A stretch of 64,000 nucleotides of DNA, taken from an uncultured Pelagibacteraceae bacterium (GTDB lineage Bacteria; Pseudomonadota; Alphaproteobacteria; Pelagibacterales; Pelagibacteraceae). Where the stretch lies: positions 13 to 64,012 of the forward strand of contig CACPKA010000007.1 of NCBI GenBank assembly GCA_902634485.1. The letters are read 5' to 3'. Position numbers and translations under genes: made by a program. Shown one piece after another: positions 11,965-21,920 of the stretch. How positions within the stretch are numbered: the first letter of the stretch is position 1; each line of letters begins with the position of its first letter. Under the pieces are notes generated by a model. That model had not been told where the DNA came from. It saw nothing but the letters and a program-made list of their open reading frames with translations, and ran no database searches.

Positions 11965-12777
11965 TTAATAATTATCAATTAATCTTATATTTTTATTATA
12001 ATATGCTAAAAATATCTTAAAGTTGTTTTTATTATAATTTTTAGATAAGTTTTTTTTATTTCTTATTTCCAAATACTCAACTTTAATATTTTTAATATTG
12101 TTAATTTTTTTACTTATATATTTAATTTTATATTTATTAGATATATTATTTTTTAATTTATTTCTTAGATTTAACAATAAAGCAGCAATATAAGATGATT
12201 TTTTAAGATCATATTTATTAAGTAAGTTATTACGAGATGATAATGCCACTTTATTTTTATCCCGTATAGTTTTGCATGCAAAAACATTTACTTTAAAATT
12301 TTTATTAATAAATTTCTTAATTAAAAATAGCTGTTGATAGTCTTTCTCACCTAAAAAAATAAAAGTTGGTTTAATTTTTTTTAGAAATTGATTGATTACA
12401 GCTAATACACCTTCAAAATGACCAGGTCTATATAATGAACACATTATTTTATCTTTTTTATTTAATTTGATTTTTTTATTATTGTTATTTTTGTAAATTT
12501 CTTTTGTATTGGGAATTAACAAATAATCTACTTTCAGTTTTTTAAGAATCATCATATCTTTTTTTAAATTTCTTGGATAATTTTTAAGGTCACTTTTTTT
12601 GTTGAATTGTGAAGGATTTATGAAAATACTTACTAAGGTCTTTTTGCAGTTTGTTTTCGATGATTTAATAAGAGAAATATGACCATTATGCAATGAACCC
12701 ATAGTAGGCACAAATCCTATGTTCGCCTTAAAATCAACTTCTTTGTTTAATTTATTTATACTTTTAAAAATTATCAT
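11965..12777 (-). CDS. panC: Pantoate-beta-alanine ligase
   Basis: FVPTMGSLHNGH, SIFINPSQF, RPGHFEGV, GEKDYQQ, ALSSRN. Confidence 0.96.
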   Translation of the reverse strand: MIIFKSINKLNKEVDFKANIGFVPTMGSLHNGHISLIKSSKTNCKKTLVSIFINPSQFNKKSDLKNYPRNLKKDMMILKKLKVDYLLIPNTKEIYKNNNNKKIKLNKKDKIMCSLYRPGHFEGVLAVINQFLKKIKPTFIFLGEKDYQQLFLIKKFINKNFKVNVFACKTIRDKNKVALSSRNNLLNKYDLKKSSYIAALLLNLRNKLKNNISNKYKIKYISKKINNIKNIKVEYLEIRNKKNLSKNYNKNNFKIFLAYYNKNIRLIDNY

Positions 12778-12808
12778 TTATGGTAATTCATTTAATTAAT
12801 ACATTTTG

Positions 12809-13624
12809 ATGATAAGACAAGCAATAATACCATTGGCAGGATTAGGGACAAGATTATTACCTTTAACAAGTGTTTATGCCAAAGAACTTTTACCAATTAA
12901 TGGTAAAGCAGGTTTAGAGTATATAATTGATGAGTGTCTAGATGCAGGCATTAAAGAGATTATATTTATAATATCAAAAAAAAAGGAAATCATAAGAAAA
13001 TATTTTTACAATGACAAGTTTTATCAAAAAATAATTAGAAAGAAGAAAGACTTAAGGATTATTAAAGAGTATAAAAAAATTAAAAAATATAAAAAAATAA
13101 TTAAATTTGTTTATCAAAATAACCCAAAAGGTACTGGTCATGCTGTTTTAAAAGCTAAAAATCTTATAAGAGACAAATTTTTTTTAATGTTGTTACCTGA
13201 TGATTTAATAATAAAAAGAAATTGTTCAAAGGATATGATTTCAATACATAATAAAAAAAAATGCTCAGTAATGGCTAGTATGAAAGTTCAAAAAAGAACA
13301 GTTAATAGATGGGGAATCTTTTCCAAAAGGAAATATATAAATAAAAATAATTTTTATATTAAAGATGTCGTTGAAAAACCTGATATAAAATCAGCACCTT
13401 CTAATAATGCAGTTATTGGCAGATATATATTGTCAAAAAAAATTTTTAAAAAATTGCAAAATCAGAAGAAAGGAAAAGGTGGGGAGATACATATCACCGA
13501 TTCAATTAGAAGGTTAATAAATGATGGAGAAACTTTTGTTGGTCATAATTTTATTGGTAAATATTTAGACTGCGGGACAATGGAAGGCTACATAAAATCA
13601 TCTATAGAGATTTATAAAACATGA
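12809..13624 (+). CDS. galU: UTP-glucose-1-phosphate uridylyltransferase
   Basis: PLAGLGTRLLP..KELLPI, GTGHAV, VVEKP, GEIHITD; upstream of ugd (alternative TTG start at 12806). Confidence 0.9.
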   Translation: MIRQAIIPLAGLGTRLLPLTSVYAKELLPINGKAGLEYIIDECLDAGIKEIIFIISKKKEIIRKYFYNDKFYQKIIRKKKDLRIIKEYKKIKKYKKIIKFVYQNNPKGTGHAVLKAKNLIRDKFFLMLLPDDLIIKRNCSKDMISIHNKKKCSVMASMKVQKRTVNRWGIFSKRKYINKNNFYIKDVVEKPDIKSAPSNNAVIGRYILSKKIFKKLQNQKKGKGGEIHITDSIRRLINDGETFVGHNFIGKYLDCGTMEGYIKSSIEIYKT

Positions 13625-14928
13625 AACTTTGCATGATAGGAACAGGTTATGTCGGCCTTGTTAGTGGCGTGTGTTTTTCTGACTTAGGACATACCGTTTA
13701 TTGTGTAGATAATAATAAAGCAAAAATTATTTCTTTAAATAATGGGAAGGTTCCAATTTACGAACCAGGTCTTGAGGAAATATTAAAAAAAAATTTTAAA
13801 CAAAAAAGACTTATCTTTACAACAGATTTGAAGTATGCCGTAACTAACTCTGATATTATATTTATATGTGTTGGTACACCTACAAAAAAAAATGGTTATT
13901 CTGCAGATTTAAAATATGTTTTTAAAGTAGCAAGAGAACTAAAAAAATATATAAAAAAATATAAAATTTTAATTACTAAATCTACAGTTCCAGTTACAAC
14001 AGGAGATAAAATTGAGACTATTCTTAAAAATCTTAAAAAAAGAAAACTTGTTGATGTTGTATCTAATCCTGAGTTTTTAAGAGAAGGTGAAGCTATACGG
14101 GATTTTATTTACCCAGATAGAGTGATAGTTGGCACAAGCAGTTCTAAAGCTAATAAAATAATAAAATCTTTATATATGCCTATAATAAAAAAAGTTGCTA
14201 GATACTTTCATACCTCAAGAAAAGGAGCTGAGTTAATCAAATATGCCTCAAATGCTTTTTTGGCTACTAAAATTTCTTTTATAAATGAACTGGCAAATCT
14301 TTGCGAAAAAACTTCAGTTGATATAAAAGATATTTCCTTAGGAATGGGTCTAGATCAACGAATTGGCGAAAGATTTTTAAGAGCTGGTCCTGCGTACGGC
14401 GGCTCTTGTTTTCCAAAAGATACTAGAGCGTTAGTAAAAACTGCAGATGATTTTAAAGTTGATCTCTCTATTGTAAAAAAAGTAATAAAATCAAATGAAA
14501 ATAGAAAATTATTATTAATTTCACGCGTACACGATATTATCGGGAAAAAAATAAAAAATAAAAAAATAACTTTTCTTGGAGTAACCTTCAAACCTAATAC
14601 TGATGATATGAGAGGTGCATCAAGTTTAGTTATGATTCCTTATCTTTCAAAAAAAGGAGCTATAATAGAATATTTTGATCCAACTGGTATTAAAAATAAT
14701 TTTTCTAATTTGAAAAATGTTATTTTTAATAAAGATATAGCGTCCGCATGCTATAAAAGTGATTTGATAATAATACATACAGAATGGAATGAATTTAAAC
14801 AATTAGATTTTAAAAAATTAGTTAAAAAAAAAAATTTTAAAATTTATGATCTAAGAAATCTCTATAGTCCAATTAAAATGAAAAAAAATAAAATAAATTA
14901 TTTTGGTATTGGAAGATATTTAGTTTAA
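13621..14928 (+). CDS. ugd: UDP-glucose 6-dehydrogenase
   Basis: GTGYVG, NPEFLREG, KYASNAFLA, GGSCFPKD, FKPNTDDMR. Confidence 0.96.
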   Translation: MKLCMIGTGYVGLVSGVCFSDLGHTVYCVDNNKAKIISLNNGKVPIYEPGLEEILKKNFKQKRLIFTTDLKYAVTNSDIIFICVGTPTKKNGYSADLKYVFKVARELKKYIKKYKILITKSTVPVTTGDKIETILKNLKKRKLVDVVSNPEFLREGEAIRDFIYPDRVIVGTSSSKANKIIKSLYMPIIKKVARYFHTSRKGAELIKYASNAFLATKISFINELANLCEKTSVDIKDISLGMGLDQRIGERFLRAGPAYGGSCFPKDTRALVKTADDFKVDLSIVKKVIKSNENRKLLLISRVHDIIGKKIKNKKITFLGVTFKPNTDDMRGASSLVMIPYLSKKGAIIEYFDPTGIKNNFSNLKNVIFNKDIASACYKSDLIIIHTEWNEFKQLDFKKLVKKKNFKIYDLRNLYSPIKMKKNKINYFGIGRYLV

Positions 14929-15378
14929 TTCAAAAATTGCATCTACCTCAACAGCAACACCCAATGGAAGACTATTTACACTGACTGCTGCTCTAGTATG
15001 CTTTCCATTTTCACCAAAAATTGATGATATTAAATCTGAAGCTCCATTTATAACTTTAGGCTGATCAACAAAATCATCCGCTGAATTAACATAACCAGTT
15101 AATTTAACACAGTTTTTAATTTTTGATAAATCGTAATTACAAGCTTTATTGGCTTGTGATATTATGTTTAAGGCACATCTCTTAGCAGCTTCGTAACCTT
15201 CTTCTAAATTTAAATCTTTTCCAATTTTACCTTTAATTAATTCTCCTTTGTTATTAATAGATATTTGCCCTGATACGTAGAGCAATTTTCCTGAAATTTT
15301 TGTTGCAACGTATGATCCTACCGGATCAGGTGCTTTAGGTATTATTAGGCCTAATTCTTTAATTTTATTTTCAATCAT
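14920..15378 (-). CDS. Rid/YjgF/UK114 family protein
   Basis: LYVSGQI, QPKVINGASDL, GKHTRAAV, LPLGVAVEVDAIF. Confidence 0.9.
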   Translation of the reverse strand: MIENKIKELGLIIPKAPDPVGSYVATKISGKLLYVSGQISINNKGELIKGKIGKDLNLEEGYEAAKRCALNIISQANKACNYDLSKIKNCVKLTGYVNSADDFVDQPKVINGASDLISSIFGENGKHTRAAVSVNSLPLGVAVEVDAIFELN

Positions 15379-15685
15379 TGTTTTTTTTTCTTTTTAAAAG
15401 ATTGCCAATCTTTTTCAAAGTTTCCTTCGTTTTGTCTTTGGCTTTAGAACCACTTTGTTTTATCTTATCACTAGTTTCGCTACTTTTATTTTTTATTTTG
15501 CCAGCAGTTTTAGTACTTTTATCTTTAATTTTTTCAGTAGTCTCAGACCCTTTGATCAAAATTTTATCTTTTATACATTTAGCATAAGTTTGACTTAATT
15601 TATCAAGTTTACTGCAATTTTTTTCATTAGCCTCTGAAATTGATAGATTAAATATAAAAAAAATTATTATAACTATTTTTTTCAT
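15371..15685 (-). CDS. Hypothetical secreted protein with 11-residue repeats
   Basis: Signal-peptide-like MKKIVIIIFFIFNLSISEA, two Cys, four 11-mer repeats; start overlaps topA stop, stop overlaps Rid start. Confidence 0.75.
   Translation of the reverse strand: MKKIVIIIFFIFNLSISEANEKNCSKLDKLSQTYAKCIKDKILIKGSETTEKIKDKSTKTAGKIKNKSSETSDKIKQSGSKAKDKTKETLKKIGNLLKRKKNND
15410..15541 (-). repeat. Four degenerate 33-nt (11-aa) coding repeats
   Basis: TTEKIKDKSTK / TAGKIKNKSSE / TSDKIKQSGSK / AKDKTKETLKK. Confidence 0.7.
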
Positions 15686-18237
15686 TTTTTCTTTTTTTTA
15701 CTTCTATCGTATTCTCTCCTTTTCTCAATTAATATTAAGGCTTCTTCCATAGTTAGCTCTGTTGGGTCTTTTTCCTCAGGAATTGTTGCATTAAGAGATT
15801 TATATTTTATATATGGTCCATATTGACCTTTCATAATTCTAACAGGTTTTTTATCCTCTGGGTGTTCACCTAAATCTTTAATAATAGATGATGAGATTCT
15901 ACCAGGCTTAGCTTCTGCAATTAAAGAAATTGCTCTATTTAAACCAATAACAAATAATTCACCAACATTTTCTATTCTTGCTGATTTATTTTCACATTTT
16001 AAATATGGACCAAATCTCCCAACATTAATTGTTATATCTTTATCATTTTCTGGATTTTTACCTAAACTCAATGGAAGAGAGCATAGAAATTTTGCTTTAT
16101 CTAAATCTATAGAATTTATTTCAAGACCTTTTGGTATAGATACATTTTTGAGATTGTCGTTTTCTTTTTTAGTTTTCTTATTTTTTTTTTTGGTTTTAAT
16201 CTCTTCATCTGGCTCTTTTTCGTATTGTAAATATGGTCCAAATCTTCCATTTTTAAGATAAATGTCTCTACCTTTATCGTTTTGACCTATGAGTTTAGGC
16301 TCTGCTAAAGATATCTGTTGCGCAGCTTTAGATTTAGATAGAGGTCTAGTAAACTTACATTCTGGATAGTTAGAGCAGCCAACGAAAGCACCTCCTCTGA
16401 AACTATTTTTTAAACTTAGTTGACCATTAGAGCATAACTTACATTTTCTATCAATGTTTCCATCTTTATCTATTTCGAAAACTAAAGATCCTAGGCTGTC
16501 GTTTAATAAATCCAAAACTTCTCTGGTTCTTTTTTCTTTAACACTAGACACATTAGAATTAAAATCTTTCCAAAAGTTTTCTAGCACATTTATCCAATTT
16601 TCTTTACCAGCAGTAATATCATCTAATTGATTTTCAAGTTTTGCAGTAAAATCATAATCAACATATTTAGCAAAAAGTTTTTCCAAAAAAGCAGATAGAA
16701 GTTTACCTCTATCAGTTGGAAAAAATCTTTTATTATTAATATCTGCATAACCTCTATTTGATATAACAGATATTATGCTCGCATATGTTGAAGGTCTTCC
16801 AATTCCAAGCTCTTCCAATTTTTTTACTAAACTAGCTTCTGAATATCGAGGAGGGGGTTGTGTAAAATGTTGCTCATCTTTAAAATCGCTTATCTTAATT
16901 TCACCTTTCTTTACATCGGGTAAAATCTTTTCATCTTCATTATTATCATCTAAATTTGTTAATTTAAGATATCCATCAAACTTTATAGTTGAACCACTAG
17001 CTTTAAATATATTTTTTTCATCTGTTGAAACAATAGTTATTGTTTTTCTATCAAATTTAGCTGACTCCATTTGTGAAGATAGCGCTCTAGTCCATATCAG
17101 GTTATACAATTTAAATTGATCTGTACTCAGGTACTTTTTTAAACTTTCAGGATTTCTTGTAATTTCTGTTGGCCTTATTGCTTCATGAGCTTCCTGAGCA
17201 TTTTTAGCTTTTTTCCCAGAATAATTTAAAGGTTTTTCAGGCAAATAATTCTTTCCATAACTTTTTGAAATATAATTTCTAAAAGTTTCAACTGCATCTT
17301 TTGAAATATTTGTACCGTCAGTTCTCATATATGTTATTAATCCAACTGTATCTCCATCAATATCTATCCCTTGGTATAATCTTTGAGCAATCTGCATTGT
17401 TCGAGATGCTCCAAAACTTAATTTGCTTGATGCTGTTTGTTGTAAAGTTGATGTTGTAAAAGGTCCTGATGGATTTCTAGAGTAAACTTTTGAACTTATA
17501 TCTGTAATATTATAAGATTTTTCTTTTATTATTTTTATAGCTTTATTTATATCTTCTTTGTTTTTAAATGAGAACTTTTCAATCTTTTTTTCGTTTAGTT
17601 TAAAAATATTTGAAATAACTTCAGAACCATTTTCTGTTTTAAAAATAACATTTAAGGTCCAAAATTCATCAGGTTTAAATACTTCAATTTCATGTTCTCT
17701 TTCTGTTATCAATCTTAGAGCAACAGATTGAACTCTACCTGCAGATTTTGAACCTGGTAACTTTGTCCATAGTATTGGAGATATATTAAAACCTACTAAA
17801 TAGTCTAAAGCTCTTCGAGCCATATATGCATCAACTAACTGAGGTTCAATTTCTCTAGGATTATCTATACCATTTGTTACTGCTTTTTTTGTTATTTCGT
17901 TAAAAACCACGCGTTCAATTTTTTTATCTTTAAGTAGTTTCTTCTCATTCAAAAACTCTTTTACATGCCATGCTATAGCCTCACCCTCTCTATCAGGATC
18001 TGTTGCTAATATTATTTTTGTTGAATCTTTTGCCGAGTCTGTAATTTCTTTTAAATATTTTTTTGAAAAGCTATCAATCTCCCATATCATTTTGAAATCA
18101 TTTTCAGGATCTACGGATCCATTTTTTGAAGGCAAATCTCTTATATGTCCATAACTAGCCAAAACTGTATAATCTGATCCTAAATATTTATTTATAGTTT
18201 TAGCTTTTGCAGGACTTTCAACTATTACTAGGTTCAT
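15682..18237 (-). CDS. topA: DNA topoisomerase I
   Basis: IVESPAKAKTI, ATDPDREGEAI, SAGRVQS, ITYMRTD, one zinc ribbon, C-terminal GRFGPY repeats. Confidence 0.99.
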   Translation of the reverse strand: MNLVIVESPAKAKTINKYLGSDYTVLASYGHIRDLPSKNGSVDPENDFKMIWEIDSFSKKYLKEITDSAKDSTKIILATDPDREGEAIAWHVKEFLNEKKLLKDKKIERVVFNEITKKAVTNGIDNPREIEPQLVDAYMARRALDYLVGFNISPILWTKLPGSKSAGRVQSVALRLITEREHEIEVFKPDEFWTLNVIFKTENGSEVISNIFKLNEKKIEKFSFKNKEDINKAIKIIKEKSYNITDISSKVYSRNPSGPFTTSTLQQTASSKLSFGASRTMQIAQRLYQGIDIDGDTVGLITYMRTDGTNISKDAVETFRNYISKSYGKNYLPEKPLNYSGKKAKNAQEAHEAIRPTEITRNPESLKKYLSTDQFKLYNLIWTRALSSQMESAKFDRKTITIVSTDEKNIFKASGSTIKFDGYLKLTNLDDNNEDEKILPDVKKGEIKISDFKDEQHFTQPPPRYSEASLVKKLEELGIGRPSTYASIISVISNRGYADINNKRFFPTDRGKLLSAFLEKLFAKYVDYDFTAKLENQLDDITAGKENWINVLENFWKDFNSNVSSVKEKRTREVLDLLNDSLGSLVFEIDKDGNIDRKCKLCSNGQLSLKNSFRGGAFVGCSNYPECKFTRPLSKSKAAQQISLAEPKLIGQNDKGRDIYLKNGRFGPYLQYEKEPDEEIKTKKKNKKTKKENDNLKNVSIPKGLEINSIDLDKAKFLCSLPLSLGKNPENDKDITINVGRFGPYLKCENKSARIENVGELFVIGLNRAISLIAEAKPGRISSSIIKDLGEHPEDKKPVRIMKGQYGPYIKYKSLNATIPEEKDPTELTMEEALILIEKRREYDRSKKKKK

Positions 18238-18245
18238 TAAGTGGA

Positions 18246-18273
18246 AAACTACATAAATGCTTTAGATAGTCAA
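18246..18273 (-). promoter_or_regulatory. Putative sigma70 promoter of topA
   Basis: Minus strand TTGACT-N16-TAGTTT, ending 8 nt before the ATG. Confidence 0.5.
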
Positions 18274-18274
18274 A

Positions 18275-18853
18275 CTAATAAATTTTTGTCTTAGATTCTT
18301 GTTTATTTATCAATCTTTTAACATTTTCTCTATGTGTATAAATGATTAAGACAAGGATTATTAGAAAAAAAAATATACTTTGCCCTGATGAAAAAAAATA
18401 TAAAAAAATAGGAACACTAAAACTTGCAAAAATAGAAGATAATGATGAATATTTTGTAATAAAATAAATTAACAACCATGTTACTACAAATATAATTCCT
18501 AAAATTAAATTAATTGAAAATAATATTCCAACATAAGTAGCTACTCCTTTTCCTCCATTAAATTTAAGCCAGATTGGAAAAACGTGACCAATAAAAATAC
18601 AAAGAGATGAAATATAAATGTATTCAGGGTAATAAAATTTAATAATAAATATCGTTACAACTGCCTTTAAGATATCAAGTATTAAAGTACTATATCCAAT
18701 AATTTTGTTACCAGTTCTTAATGCATTAGTGGCACCAATATTTCCAGAACCAATATCTCTTATATCTTTTTTAAGAAATAATTTAGTTAATATATAGCCA
18801 AAAGGTATTGAACCCATTAAATACGATGAAATTATTATTATAAAAAGTTCCAT
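18275..18853 (-). CDS. plsY: Glycerol-3-phosphate acyltransferase PlsY
   Basis: GSIPFG, GSGNIGATNALR, GGKGVAT, HRENVKRL. Confidence 0.97.
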   Translation of the reverse strand: MELFIIIISSYLMGSIPFGYILTKLFLKKDIRDIGSGNIGATNALRTGNKIIGYSTLILDILKAVVTIFIIKFYYPEYIYISSLCIFIGHVFPIWLKFNGGKGVATYVGILFSINLILGIIFVVTWLLIYFITKYSSLSSIFASFSVPIFLYFFSSGQSIFFFLIILVLIIYTHRENVKRLINKQESKTKIY

Positions 18854-18855
18854 TT

Positions 18856-20142
18856 TTATATTTTATATAATTCTTCACCTTTAACAAAAGTATTTGTTAC
18901 TTTTCCTTGCAGTTTTTTATTTTCTATAGATGTATTTTTAGATTTTGAAAGTAGATTTTCTTTTTTAACAACCCAAGGTTTATTAATATCTACAATACAA
19001 AAATCCGCATTATTTCCTATACTTAGATTGCCTTTATCAATTTTTAGTATTTTTGCTGGATTGCTAGTTAGTGCTTTAATTATAGTATTTAATTTTAGTG
19101 ATTCATTATGAAATAATTCTAAAGATAATGAAAGCAATGTTTCTACTCCTGAAGAGCCTGTTGCAGCTTTAGCAAAAGTGAGTCTTTTTTGTTCTTCATC
19201 TTCAGGTTTGTGGTCCGAAACTATTACATCTATAGTTTCATCTTTTAAACCATCAACCAACACATTTCTATCTTCTTCTGTTCTAAGAGGTGGCGATAGC
19301 TTTAAAAAAGTTCTAAATTCACCTATATCATTTTCATTTAATGATAAATTATTTATTGAAACTCCACATGTAAATTTTAAAAAATTCTTTTTGTCTTTTA
19401 TTATTTTAACCGATTTTGCAGATGAAATTTGTGATATATGATATCTACATTTATGTTCTTCTAATAATGACAAATCTCTTTCAATTATTATTCTTTCAGC
19501 AACATCCGGAATACCTTGTAGACCGAGTTTTGTAGAGATTATTCCATCATTCATCATTCCCTTGTCAGCCAAATCTGAATCTTCGGCATGTTGAATTATT
19601 AAAGCATTTAAGTCATACGCCGAGTTCATTATTCTTGACATTAAACGTGTATTTTGGATAGTTTTTGATCCATCAGTAAAAGCAATTATTCCTTTTTTTT
19701 GCAACAAACCAAATTCAGTCATATTTGTACCTTCTAAATTTTTTGTTAATGAAGCAGTAGGAAAAATATTTATTTTTGATTTATCTCTTCCTCTTCTTTT
19801 AAGAAAATCGACCATAGAAACATTATCTATAATTGGATTTGTGTTTGGCATTGTTACAACCGATGTCACACCACCGGATAATGCCGCATTACTTAGAGTT
19901 CTAAAATTTTCTTTATATTCGTATCCTGGTTCACCTACAAATACACGCATGTCTACAATACCGGGAAATATATAATTTCCTTTTAAATCTATATATTTTT
20001 CTCTGGAAGGTATGTTGTTTTCATTAACTTTTTTACCTATAGCTTCAATTTTACCTTCTTCACTTATTATTAAACCGCCAAATTCTTCCAATGAATTTTT
20101 TGGATCTATTATATTTGCATTTAAAAAGTATTTTTTTTTCAT
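18856..20142 (-). CDS. pyrC: Dihydroorotase-like protein, probably the inactive PyrC' partner of ATCase
   Basis: Amidohydrolase fold (GGVTSVVTMPNT, PPLR, SDHKP) but DMRVF in place of DxHxH; adjacent to pyrB. Confidence 0.88.
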   Translation of the reverse strand: MKKKYFLNANIIDPKNSLEEFGGLIISEEGKIEAIGKKVNENNIPSREKYIDLKGNYIFPGIVDMRVFVGEPGYEYKENFRTLSNAALSGGVTSVVTMPNTNPIIDNVSMVDFLKRRGRDKSKINIFPTASLTKNLEGTNMTEFGLLQKKGIIAFTDGSKTIQNTRLMSRIMNSAYDLNALIIQHAEDSDLADKGMMNDGIISTKLGLQGIPDVAERIIIERDLSLLEEHKCRYHISQISSAKSVKIIKDKKNFLKFTCGVSINNLSLNENDIGEFRTFLKLSPPLRTEEDRNVLVDGLKDETIDVIVSDHKPEDEEQKRLTFAKAATGSSGVETLLSLSLELFHNESLKLNTIIKALTSNPAKILKIDKGNLSIGNNADFCIVDINKPWVVKKENLLSKSKNTSIENKKLQGKVTNTFVKGEELYKI

Positions 20143-21084
20143 TTAATTACAAAAAATTTTTAAACAAGCCATTCTAACAGCAACTCCTAATTCCACTTGT
20201 TCTTGTATTACACTTTTATTTATATCATCAGCTAAGTTTGTATCGATTTCAATTCCTCTATTCATAGGACCGGGATGCATTATTAAAGCATCATCTTTAG
20301 CAATATCTAATTTATCAGGTGTTAAACCATAATACTCATAATATTCTCTATTAGATGCAAGAAATGAACTATTCATTCTTTCATTTTGTAATCTTAGCAT
20401 CATCACTATATCGCAATCATAAAGACCCTTTTTCATATCAGAAAATTTATTGATACCAAATTTTTCAAGATCTTTAGGCATTAAGTTTGTTGGAGCTACA
20501 ATATTTACATCAGCACCTAACATAGTTAATAAGTAGATATTTGATCTAGCAACTCTTGAATGCAAAATATCTCCACATATAGCTATTTTTAAACCTTGAA
20601 TTTTTCCCTTTTTTTCAATTATTGTAAGAGCATCTAATAAGGCTTGCGTAGGATGTTCTCTTCTTCCATCACCAGCATTAATTACCGTACAGTTAACTTT
20701 TTGAGATAATAAATTACAAGCCCCAGAATCTTGATGTCTAATTACTATCAAATCAGGATGCATCGCATTAAGTGTCATTGCTGTATCAATTAAAGTTTCA
20801 CCTTTTTTTATTGCAGAATTAACTATGTTCATTGACATAACATCAGCTCCCAATCTTTTACCAGCCAACTCAAATGAACTTTGAGTTCTAGTTGAGGGTT
20901 CAAAAAAAAGATTTATTTGTGTTTTTCCTCTAAGTGTATCTAATTTTTTATTTTTACTTCTATTAAGATTAATAAATTGCTTAGCTTCTGAAAGTATAAA
21001 ATTTACATCAGTTATCGATAAATCTTGAATACCTAGAAGATGTTTTTGTGAAATTTTAATAGCTTTATTTGATTTGGTTGCCAT
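20143..21084 (-). CDS. pyrB: Aspartate carbamoyltransferase catalytic subunit
   Basis: [24 protein letters not shown]; start moved to ATG 21084 (MATKSNK). Confidence 0.97.
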   Translation of the reverse strand: MATKSNKAIKISQKHLLGIQDLSITDVNFILSEAKQFINLNRSKNKKLDTLRGKTQINLFFEPSTRTQSSFELAGKRLGADVMSMNIVNSAIKKGETLIDTAMTLNAMHPDLIVIRHQDSGACNLLSQKVNCTVINAGDGRREHPTQALLDALTIIEKKGKIQGLKIAICGDILHSRVARSNIYLLTMLGADVNIVAPTNLMPKDLEKFGINKFSDMKKGLYDCDIVMMLRLQNERMNSSFLASNREYYEYYGLTPDKLDIAKDDALIMHPGPMNRGIEIDTNLADDINKSVIQEQVELGVAVRMACLKIFCN

Positions 21085-21126
21085 TAAAATTAACTCTATA
21101 ACCATTAACCTTTGATAAGGCAAGTA

Positions 21127-21582
21127 TTAATTTGATAAAAAATCAATAGCCCCTTGAAGAATAAAAGCCGCTGCATTTTGATCTATATTTTTAACTTTTT
21201 TGGAAACATTTATGTCTAATTGACTAGATAAATTAAAAGCCCCAACAGTAGAAAGCCTTTCATCCCATAGGCAAACAGGTATATCGATAGATTTTCCTAT
21301 ATTAGTTGAAACATCTTTTATTGATTGAGATGAGGAACCCTCTGATCCGTCCATATTTATAGGATTGCCTATTATGATACCCTTTATATTATTTTCTTTA
21401 ATAATTGTATTAAGCTCATCTATAAGTTCATTGTTATTTGTCTTATTTATTGTTTTAAATGGAGTCGCTATTGATTGTCTGTCATCGCAGATAGCTACTC
21501 CAATTCTTTTAGATCCCAAATCTAAACCAATTAATCGTGTTTTATTTGTTTGTTTTTTTTTAAATTCTTCAATAGTCATCAT
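21127..21582 (-). CDS. yqgF: Pre-16S rRNA nuclease YqgF/RuvX
   Basis: GLDLGSKRIGVA, WDERLST, DQNAAAFILQ. Confidence 0.95.
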   Translation of the reverse strand: MMTIEEFKKKQTNKTRLIGLDLGSKRIGVAICDDRQSIATPFKTINKTNNNELIDELNTIIKENNIKGIIIGNPINMDGSEGSSSQSIKDVSTNIGKSIDIPVCLWDERLSTVGAFNLSSQLDINVSKKVKNIDQNAAAFILQGAIDFLSN

Positions 21583-21632
21583 ATTGTATATTTTATACTT
21601 AAATGATAGTTTTCGTGGTATTTAAATATCAC

Positions 21633-21920
21633 ATGACAATTGATCTTAAAACAATAAAGCATATATCTAAATTATCAAGAATTTCAGTTGATGATAAAAA
21701 AGCTAAAAAATTAGCTGATGATTTAAACTCAATATTTAAGTGGATAGAGCAACTCAATGAACTAAATACTGAAAAGGTAGACCCCTTAAGCTCTATAGCA
21801 GAAACCAAACTTAGACTAAGAAAAGATGAAATTAAATCAGAAAATACTAGAGAAGAAATTTTAAAAAATTCTCCTGATGAAAATAAAGATTTTTTCGTTG
21901 TTCCAAAGGTGGTTGAATAA
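21633..21920 (+). CDS. gatC: Asp/Glu-tRNA amidotransferase subunit C
   Basis: [23 protein letters not shown]; start at ATG 21633 (MTIDLK). Confidence 0.96.
   Translation: MTIDLKTIKHISKLSRISVDDKKAKKLADDLNSIFKWIEQLNELNTEKVDPLSSIAETKLRLRKDEIKSENTREEILKNSPDENKDFFVVPKVVE

Noticed and set aside
15700-16270. Three GRFGPY/GQYGPY repeats in the TopA C-terminus
   Set aside because: Known topoisomerase I C-terminal repeats, common in alphaproteobacteria
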